From Bdellovibrionia bacterium (GTDB lineage Bacteria > Bdellovibrionota > UBA1018): a stretch of DNA of 12,933 nt. A program made the position numbers and the translations under genes. Location of the stretch: positions 1 through 12,933 of the forward strand of contig JBMSSC010000079.1 of assembly GCA_049424145.1 (NCBI GenBank), written 5' to 3'. Positions within the stretch are counted from its first letter, which is position 1; each line of letters opens with the position of its first letter. Positions 1 through 6,918 of this stretch are shown piece after piece. The notes beneath the pieces are model-generated. The model saw only the letters and a list, made by a program, of their open reading frames with translations. It was not told where the DNA came from and did not search any database.

Positions 1-6
1 GCGGTT

Positions 7-537
7 ATGGTCACGAAAAAAGCACAGACAGCAAAAAAAACTACGGCGAAAGCCAAAACAAACGCTACCTCAAACGAGAAGGAATTGCAGGTTGGAGAGG
101 ATGCTCCCGCTTTCTCTCTCTTGGATGACCAAGGTCAGCAGGTGTCCTTGGATGACTGCAGAGGCCATCGAGTCGTACTCTACTTTTACCCCAAGGATAT
201 GACCTCAGGCTGCACTCAGGAGTCGTGTGAGTTTCGGGATCTTTTTCCGCGGTTTAAAAAGAAAGGGGTCTTGATCTTTGGAGTCAGTAAAGATTCCGTG
301 GCGAGCCATCAAAAATTTAAAGCCAAATATGATCTGCCCTTTCCTCTGCTATCGGACCCTGATGCCGAAGTCTGTCAGGCGTATGGGGTTTGGAAAGAAA
401 AATCGATGTACGGCCGCAAGTACATGGGGATTGAGCGAACCACAGTGGTGATTGGTCCGGATGGAAAAATTCTCATGGTTTTCCCTAAAGTCCGCGTCGC
501 AGATCATGCCCAGGCTGTCTATGAGAGCCTAGCTTAG
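7..537 (+). CDS. bcp: Thioredoxin-dependent thiol peroxidase (BCP/PrxQ peroxiredoxin)
   Basis: Active-site motif YFYPKDMTSGCTQESC (PxxxTxxC with a resolving Cys five residues later), plus GVSKDS, LPFPLLSD and KSMYGRKYMGIERTT, all typical of BCP. The start lies near the window edge. Confidence 0.95.
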   Translation: MVTKKAQTAKKTTAKAKTNATSNEKELQVGEDAPAFSLLDDQGQQVSLDDCRGHRVVLYFYPKDMTSGCTQESCEFRDLFPRFKKKGVLIFGVSKDSVASHQKFKAKYDLPFPLLSDPDAEVCQAYGVWKEKSMYGRKYMGIERTTVVIGPDGKILMVFPKVRVADHAQAVYESLA

Positions 538-682
538 TGTCGCTTGGGGGATTTTCGGGGTGAGGCAGGACGAGGTCTGAAGATCGAGGAAATCCTGAGG
601 AACCGTGATTCCATTGAGGATTCGGTTTTTTCTTTTTTTTTCTACATGTGGGTATGAAATTCTCCGTAAGGCCTCAGTTTTA

Positions 683-691
683 TGGTACTTG
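683..691 (+). promoter_or_regulatory. Candidate extended -10 element (TG-G-TACTTG), 7 nt before the rlmL ATG
   Basis: TGnTA motif with no Shine-Dalgarno sequence before ATG 699. The same geometry recurs at 1881-1889 and at 12749-12757 (minus). Confidence 0.3.
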
Positions 692-698
692 ATCACCC

Positions 699-1853
699 AT
701 GGCAGCAGAGCAGTTTGAGTTTTATGCAACGACAGCAAAAGGGATGGAGAGTCTTTTAGCCCAGGAGTTGTCGCAATTGGGGTTACAATCCGTGAAAGAA
801 GGGCGAGGAGGGGTCTCGTTTTCCGGAAAACTTGAGGCAGCCTATCGCGCTTGTCTCTGGTCTCGCGTGGCGAGTCGTATTTTTTTGCCCTTAAAGACGT
901 TCCAAGCCAAAACGCCTGAGGATTTATATGAAGGATCGCGTCAAGTGAATTGGCGGGATCATTTCACGGTGGAGCAGACCTTTTGTGTGGATTTTACGGC
1001 CACTCAGTCTCAAATCTCTCACAGTCACTATGGTGCTCTTCAGGTCAAAGACGCCATTGCGGATCAGTTTCGAGCAAAACTGGGGAGTCGACCTTCCGTC
1101 AACACGGTGAAGCCCGATGTCCGGGTTCACGTCTACCTCAATCGGGATCAAGCCACGCTGAGCTTGGATTTATCGGGAGGCAGTCTTCATCGGCGTGGGT
1201 ATCGAGACGAAAACGCAGGAGTGGCTGCACCGATGAAAGAAAACCTGGCTGCTGCAATCTTGATGCAAGCCGGCTGGCCAAAAGAGGAGGGGCATGCGTT
1301 CTTAGATCCGATGTGTGGATCGGGGACTTTGCCCATTGAAGCAGCTCTGATGTCAGCCCGGATTGCGCCTGGGCTGTTTCGCAAGGACTTTGGATTTTTA
1401 GGATGGCAAGGGCATGTTCCAGCCCTTTGGAAGAGGCTCCTTCAGGAGGCTGACGAGGCTCAAATTCGAGATAAAAAGAAGATTCCTAAAATTGTTGGGT
1501 ATGACGGTAATTTTCGTGCAGTCCGATTGGCCTTAGAGAGTCTGCCTAAAGCCGGGGTTCATGGCAAAGTCCATATTGAAAAGCGCGACTTTGCCCAGTG
1601 CGAGATGATCGCTCCTGCTGGAGTGATCCTGCTGAACCCTCCCTATGGGAGCCGGTTAGGGGAGCAAGAGGCTTTAAAACCTTTGTATCGATCCATTGGG
1701 GATACGTTTAAGCAGAAGTTTCGAGGGTGGACGGGCTTTGTCTTCACCGGAAGTTCAGAGCTAGCAAAAGTCATCGGTCTGAAGGCCTCTCAACGGAGTG
1801 TGTTTTTCAACGGCCCCATCGAGTGTCGACTTTTGAAGTATGAATTGTATTAG
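699..1853 (+). CDS. rlmL: THUMP-domain class I SAM-dependent RNA methyltransferase, stand-alone RlmL type (probable 23S rRNA m2G2445)
   Basis: N-terminal ATTAKGMESLLAQEL, ACLWSRVASRI, THUMP region, LDLSGGSLHRRGYR, APMKENLAAA, SAM motif DPMCGSGT and NPPYG. At 384 aa it lacks the RlmK half of fused RlmKL. Confidence 0.9.
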   Translation: MAAEQFEFYATTAKGMESLLAQELSQLGLQSVKEGRGGVSFSGKLEAAYRACLWSRVASRIFLPLKTFQAKTPEDLYEGSRQVNWRDHFTVEQTFCVDFTATQSQISHSHYGALQVKDAIADQFRAKLGSRPSVNTVKPDVRVHVYLNRDQATLSLDLSGGSLHRRGYRDENAGVAAPMKENLAAAILMQAGWPKEEGHAFLDPMCGSGTLPIEAALMSARIAPGLFRKDFGFLGWQGHVPALWKRLLQEADEAQIRDKKKIPKIVGYDGNFRAVRLALESLPKAGVHGKVHIEKRDFAQCEMIAPAGVILLNPPYGSRLGEQEALKPLYRSIGDTFKQKFRGWTGFVFTGSSELAKVIGLKASQRSVFFNGPIECRLLKYELY

Positions 1854-1896
1854 GAACCGCTTTTAACCCAAGTTCAATTCTGGTAAGAGTAGAGGC

Positions 1897-2505
1897 ATGA
1901 CGAACCGGACTTCAAAGAGACCTTTAGGGAACCCAAGTGAGGTGCAGAACGGATTAAAAGAGCTCATGGATCCTGAGTCCCAAGAGTTTTTAAAGCGGAT
2001 GACCGAGCAAGAGCAGTTTTTGGCCAACCGGATTCCGGGCGTGAAGTTTGTTTTGATTGTCCTCTCGGCTCGCGGGATGGTTTATGATCTGGAATCCCTC
2101 AGGCAGAAAGTTCTGATTTCATACCCCGATGCAGCGGTGTTTTTTCAAAACACCATGGGTAAACCCATCGGATTTGACTCGCCTCAGAAAGTGGATCTTT
2201 TGATTGATTTAACGGGTCCAGGTCAAAGGCAGGGTTGGTTTTACTCCAAGAAGCTGAGAAAAATGGCACGCTTTGCCGTCGGTCGAAACGCGGGTTGGTT
2301 TCGAAAAAAGATCTATGATCGCGTGTATGATGAGATCCAAAACGCAGCCGAAGTCCCCTCCGAGATGCTTCAGCGCGAACGATTTGTTCAGAAAAAAGTA
2401 CTTAATCTTGCTGGGGTTTCCTTTTTTCACTCCGGTGAAGCCCTCTCGGATCGAGGCAAATCCATTGCCCTTGAGCTTCCTGCAATGGCTCGCTTCTCCA
2501 GTTAA
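1897..2505 (+). CDS. Hypothetical protein resembling an isolated GT9 (WaaC/WaaF-like) N-terminal acceptor-binding domain
   Basis: Clean 202-aa ORF co-directional with its neighbours. The segments FVLIVLSARGM, SYPDAAVFF, VDLLIDLTG, ARFAVG and a basic patch follow the order of GT9 N-terminal motifs. The family call is by eye only. Confidence 0.6.
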   Translation: MTNRTSKRPLGNPSEVQNGLKELMDPESQEFLKRMTEQEQFLANRIPGVKFVLIVLSARGMVYDLESLRQKVLISYPDAAVFFQNTMGKPIGFDSPQKVDLLIDLTGPGQRQGWFYSKKLRKMARFAVGRNAGWFRKKIYDRVYDEIQNAAEVPSEMLQRERFVQKKVLNLAGVSFFHSGEALSDRGKSIALELPAMARFSS

Positions 2506-2538
2506 GTTCACGCTGAGCAGTGAAAGGAGAAGGATTCA

Positions 2539-4017
2539 TTGAATTCAAGCCGTTTGTTCAGAGTCTTTGATTCAATTTTTGGATTCCTAGCGTCCTTGAA
2601 GCTAGCCGTTTTGGTCATTTTGGCCTTAGCAGCCGCTCTGGCAGCCGGTACGATTGTGGAGTCGCTGACGGATACGGCCAGTGCCCAGTATTGGGTGTAC
2701 CGCTCATTTTGGTTTTATGGGCTCTTAGTGTTGCTCGGCGTGAATATTTTTGCCGTAGCTGTCAGTCGATTGCCTTGGAAAAAAAGTCATGCCCCATTTC
2801 TGATTGCTCACCTGGGGATTTTAATTCTTCTGGCAGGTTCTTGGATCACCTTCCGGGCGGGAGTGGAGGGGACCCTCAGAATCAGTGAAGGGGAGTCCGG
2901 AAAAGTAGTGGATCTGGACACCCAGGCCCTATTTCTCAGTGAAAAAGAAAAGATCTACTCCGTTGCCATTCCTTGGGCGCCTAGTTCAGTGAAGTTTCAG
3001 CCTTTTTCAGTTTCCTCTCGAGGGATACCCTTTGAGGTGCAAGTGGACCAGTATTTGACCCACGCTGATCCTCAAGTGAGCTTCATTGCCAATCCTGAGC
3101 CCCGCCACTCCCCTTCTCATGACAAACCCAAGGCGGCCCTTCAGCTCCTGATCCAGGGCGGAGTGATGAAGATCACCCAAGAAGTCTGGCTTTGGGAAGG
3201 GGATCCTTCTTGGTCCAAGGTTCAAGCGGGTCCCGCCACGTTCGCGTTGAATCAAAAAGCAATCGGTCGTCCCGGGCAACCGGGATTGGAGTGGTTTCAA
3301 AGTGCAAACGGTGATCTTAGGTACCGGGCCGTGTCCTCTTCGGGAAAAGTCAAATCAGGGGTCCTGAAAAAAGATCAGATCCCAGGCAGTGTGATGGATC
3401 CCGGTTGGAAGGGAGAGGTGAAAATCACGGTGTTGCAGTGGATTCCAGACGCCGTAGCACAAACCGTCTATCAGCCCTCTCGAATTCAAGCCGGTCCTCA
3501 GGCTCCCTCCTCGGCCCTTCATGTCTCCACAACTCATGGGGTGGGAATTTGGCTGGGTCTTGGCGATCGCGCCGTCCTTCATTTGGGGGATCGAGAAGTG
3601 CTCATCGGGTATTTGCCCCATCGCGTGCTCCTGCCTTTTTCCGTTCGCTTAGAGGAGTTTAAGATTGATCATAATGAAGGGACTCTCACTCCGGCTGCCT
3701 ATTCGTCGCGAGTGTCGGTTTTAAATGGGGAGTCCCCGCAAGAAGTCACCATCAGCATGAATCACCCACTGGAGCTCGGTGGCTACACCCTGTATCAGGC
3801 CAGCTACGAGGAGGCCTCTCCTCGCCCGACGACCTCTATCTTTGCCGTGAATCGCGATCCGGGGCGCCCCTGGAAGTACGTGGGCTCGTTGCTGATTGTT
3901 TTGGGATCCGTTTTCTTGTTTGTGGCAAAAGTGAGAAAGAAGAAAAAAACGGCTGTAGCAGTTCTAAAGCCCACTGTGTCCTGGGCAAGCGGTGCGGAGG
4001 TAGAAAGCAGATGTTAG
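2539..4017 (+). CDS. resB: Cytochrome c biogenesis protein ResB/CcsB (System II)
   Basis: TTG start after SD-like AAGGAGAAGG. N-terminal LASLKLAV...AAGT motif with three TM helices, the third carrying a His (FLIAHLG). Large periplasmic domain, ISMNHPL...GYTLYQASY, VNRDPG and a C-terminal TM helix. Confidence 0.9.
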   Translation: MNSSRLFRVFDSIFGFLASLKLAVLVILALAAALAAGTIVESLTDTASAQYWVYRSFWFYGLLVLLGVNIFAVAVSRLPWKKSHAPFLIAHLGILILLAGSWITFRAGVEGTLRISEGESGKVVDLDTQALFLSEKEKIYSVAIPWAPSSVKFQPFSVSSRGIPFEVQVDQYLTHADPQVSFIANPEPRHSPSHDKPKAALQLLIQGGVMKITQEVWLWEGDPSWSKVQAGPATFALNQKAIGRPGQPGLEWFQSANGDLRYRAVSSSGKVKSGVLKKDQIPGSVMDPGWKGEVKITVLQWIPDAVAQTVYQPSRIQAGPQAPSSALHVSTTHGVGIWLGLGDRAVLHLGDREVLIGYLPHRVLLPFSVRLEEFKIDHNEGTLTPAAYSSRVSVLNGESPQEVTISMNHPLELGGYTLYQASYEEASPRPTTSIFAVNRDPGRPWKYVGSLLIVLGSVFLFVAKVRKKKKTAVAVLKPTVSWASGAEVESRC

Positions 4018-5792
4018 GAAAGATCATTCGGTTTCAAATCTCCTTTTGGGCTCTAGGGCTCTGTATTTGCAGTTCTTTTGCCCAGGCTGATTCTAAAGTC
4101 ACTCCAAGTCCGATCCAACCATCCAGTGCTTCAGAGAGTGTCTCGCCGCATCCTCATTCGGATTGGTCTTTTTTTACCCTCGGGCTTACTCCGATTCAAA
4201 ATGGCGGGAGGATGAAGCCCTTAGACTCATTTGCTCAAGAGGTGGTTCTCTTTGAGACGGGCTCTCGCACCTTTCAGAATTGGAAGGCTCTGGATCTGAT
4301 TCTCTCTTGGATTACTTACCCTGAGTTTTGGCAAACCCAACCCTTCATTCGTGTGGCACGAGAGGATCTCAAGCGGCAACTGGGCTTAGATGAATCCCGA
4401 ACTCGCTTCTCTCCTCAGGAGTTAACCGAAAACTCACTTTTAGCCCAATACGCTTCTGGCTTGGATCCCCGTTTGCAGTCGGAGGGACCTCCCGGTGCGC
4501 CCAGTCGCTCCAATCCCAGAGAGCAGGAACTGAAGTCGGTCTTGGATCGCATCTCGTTGTTTCAGGGAATGATCTCAGGTCAGGCTTGGTTATTGCTTCC
4601 GCAGCCTGCTCCCCAGGCTTGGCTGAATATCACGGATTTAAATCCCGAGTTTGAGCCCATTCGAGACCAGTTTGTGCGTGTACTCGGGGCTTATCAGGCC
4701 GAGAGTCCCACTCAATTTGAACGCTTCTCGCATCTTTTAAAAGTAGCCGTGGAAGGGGATGTTCCCAATTTTGAGCAGAACTTCAAGAATCGGATCTGGG
4801 CTGAGGTTCTCTACAACCGGGGCAGGCCTTTTTTATGGGCTTGGATTTTGTACTTGAGCTCGGCCCTGCTTTGGGGGGTGTCCTACTTCAGTCGTTTCCA
4901 GAAAATGGGACGCTGGGCTCAAAAGCTTGCCTGGGGTTCTCTCAGTGGAGCCACTCTGCTTCATCTTTATGGTTTTGCACTGCGGTGCTTTGTCGCGGGG
5001 CGTCCCCCAGTGACCAATATGTATGAGTCGGTTGTTTGGGTGGCTTTGGGAGTTGTGGCTTTTGCTGCGGTGATTTACTTCCTTCAGCGACAAACCGTAG
5101 TTTTAGCGGTGGGTGGAGCGTTAGCGAGCTTGGCGCTGATTGCAGCTGATTCAGCTCCTGCCATCTTGGATCCCTCGTTGCACCCGTTGGTTCCGGTGTT
5201 AAGAAGTAATTACTGGCTCACCGTCCACGTGTTGACCATCACTTTAGGATACGCTGCTTTTGCTCTTTCTCTGGGTATCTCCAACATCACGTTGTTTCAG
5301 TTTTTAAAGAAAGCCAAAGCCAGTCAGGTGAACTCCCTCAATCAGCTCAATTACCGATCCATTCAGTTTGGAGTGGTTTTCATTGCCGCAGGAACGATTT
5401 TGGGGGGCATCTGGGCCGATGAGTCCTGGGGGCGTTTTTGGGGCTGGGATCCAAAGGAAGTTTGGGCCCTGATTACTTTGCTGTGCTACCTGGTGATCCT
5501 CCATGGTCGGTACGCCAGTTGGGTGGGGCAGTTTGGCTTTGCCGTTTGGTCGGTGGTGAGTTTTCTCTCAGTGATCATGGCGTGGTATGGCGTGAATTTT
5601 ATCCTTGGCGTGGGGCTGCACTCGTATGGCTTTTCCACCGGGGGATCTCCTTGGGTTTTAGGTTTTGTTGGTCTTCAGATGCTCTTCGTGCTGGGCGTTG
5701 CGGCGTTTCATTGGATTCAGAATCGAGGGGGTGCGAAGTCGGAACCCACTGCCCCCGCATTAACGGAAGCCAGTCTTTCTTCATCGAGCTGA
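4011..5792 (+). CDS. ccsA: Cytochrome c biogenesis protein CcsA/ResC with an extra N-terminal periplasmic domain
   Basis: WWD domain GGIWADESWGRFWGWDPKEVW, PVTNMYES, LVPVLRSNYWLTVHV, VILH and GLHSY, with multiple TM helices. The start overlaps the resB stop by 7 nt (ATGTTAG), with GGAGG upstream. Confidence 0.95.
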   Translation: MLGKIIRFQISFWALGLCICSSFAQADSKVTPSPIQPSSASESVSPHPHSDWSFFTLGLTPIQNGGRMKPLDSFAQEVVLFETGSRTFQNWKALDLILSWITYPEFWQTQPFIRVAREDLKRQLGLDESRTRFSPQELTENSLLAQYASGLDPRLQSEGPPGAPSRSNPREQELKSVLDRISLFQGMISGQAWLLLPQPAPQAWLNITDLNPEFEPIRDQFVRVLGAYQAESPTQFERFSHLLKVAVEGDVPNFEQNFKNRIWAEVLYNRGRPFLWAWILYLSSALLWGVSYFSRFQKMGRWAQKLAWGSLSGATLLHLYGFALRCFVAGRPPVTNMYESVVWVALGVVAFAAVIYFLQRQTVVLAVGGALASLALIAADSAPAILDPSLHPLVPVLRSNYWLTVHVLTITLGYAAFALSLGISNITLFQFLKKAKASQVNSLNQLNYRSIQFGVVFIAAGTILGGIWADESWGRFWGWDPKEVWALITLLCYLVILHGRYASWVGQFGFAVWSVVSFLSVIMAWYGVNFILGVGLHSYGFSTGGSPWVLGFVGLQMLFVLGVAAFHWIQNRGGAKSEPTAPALTEASLSSSS

Positions 5793-5838
5793 GTTCAAGT
5801 GCATTGTTAGCCGGCCGTGATCTTGCATTACTTTTGAC

Positions 5839-6792
5839 ATGATGCAGAGAGAGACTCAATGGGGGGTGTTCATGAGCTGGGGGGGTTACTTTTCTCGTTT
5901 GAACGCAGGTTTTTTTTTCGTTTTCCTGGGATTGGTTTTTAGTGCAGGGTTTGAAGCCAATGGGGCTTTGGGTCGGGCGACTGAAAAAAAGAGCAAGTCT
6001 CAGGTTGTCCTCTCTGAGCTTACGAACCGAGAGCGTGAGAGGATTCTCTATCACTTAAGTCACCTCTGGAGTGAGTTGGATTTGCTCAGTCGCAACGAAA
6101 AAGTGGATCAGGAGGATCTAAAAAAACAAGAGCGCGAGATGAAGGCGCTTCGAATCGAGGAGCGGATTCCCAGGTCCGCTCAAACAGGTGCTCTGTTTCA
6201 CGCCTTAAAAGAAAGTGCCGCTCAATCTCAGCTCCCCTTGTCGGAGTTTCAGGTGATCTCCCTGGGGAGGCCCAGCGCTCAAACGGTTCCTTCTCAGATT
6301 TTCTCCGATCAGCGCCTGAATCTTCTGGAGGAACAGATTGTCTCGAAGATTCAGTTCCGCTTCCTCCTGCGCGGTCACTGGGCTCAGGTGAAAGTGTGGT
6401 TGGATGATTTACCCAAGCACACCCTCCGCTATGTCGCGCTCAATCGTTTTGAGCCTCTTCAGGCGTCTTTGAAAAAAAAACAACGATCTCCCAAACAAGA
6501 GTCGTTCGTTCAGGAATCCTTGTATCAAGTCTTTGCAACCGCCTATCAGTTTCGAATCCCTCAGAAACTCAAAATTCAACCAAAAGATCCTAGATTCTAC
6601 TTGCCGCCTTGGGCTAAGTTGAACGAAACCCAATTTCAAAAGAAAGAGCCCAAGGTTTGGGAATGGGTGAAAAAAATTGACCGCTTAGCAGCGGTCAGCT
6701 CCCCGTGGTATCGGGTAAAAAGTCGATTTTATCTCAATCACTTGCGCCTGAATTTTTACCTCAATCTCCCCGGGGTGCGAGACTCTCAGTGA
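5839..6792 (+). CDS. Hypothetical membrane-anchored or exported protein with a PilO/GspM-like central domain
   Basis: N-terminal hydrophobic segment, then a coiled-coil-like charged stretch, then IPRSAQTGALFHALKESAAQSQLPLSEF and FRFLLRGHWAQVKVWLDDL...RYVAL, which match the PilO pattern by eye. The start could be ATG 5839, 5842 or 5872. Confidence 0.6.
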   Translation: MMQRETQWGVFMSWGGYFSRLNAGFFFVFLGLVFSAGFEANGALGRATEKKSKSQVVLSELTNRERERILYHLSHLWSELDLLSRNEKVDQEDLKKQEREMKALRIEERIPRSAQTGALFHALKESAAQSQLPLSEFQVISLGRPSAQTVPSQIFSDQRLNLLEEQIVSKIQFRFLLRGHWAQVKVWLDDLPKHTLRYVALNRFEPLQASLKKKQRSPKQESFVQESLYQVFATAYQFRIPQKLKIQPKDPRFYLPPWAKLNETQFQKKEPKVWEWVKKIDRLAAVSSPWYRVKSRFYLNHLRLNFYLNLPGVRDSQ

Positions 6793-6918
6793 GAGATTTT
6801 TTTGCCTCTTAGGTGGGGTGGTTTTTTGTATCCGTTCTTGCCTCACCCGTGATCACTCGGGGATTGGCAATTGGGGATCAAGGGGTTCAGGTTAATTTCC
6901 AAAGAGGTCGGTTCGTCT

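Noticed and set aside
626..641. Long T-tract between bcp and rlmL
   Set aside because: There is no convincing GC-rich stem directly before it, so it is not called as a terminator. It is non-coding and shows no evidence of phase variation.
6838..6870. Interrupted hairpin TTGCC..CCCG/CGGG..GGCAA upstream of the helicase
   Set aside because: The stems are short and lack a T-tract, so it is not distinguishable from chance.
6871..6918. TTG start extending the helicase by 16 aa
   Set aside because: ATG 6919 has an SD-like AAGAGG upstream and sits just before the conserved LNxxQxxAV motif.
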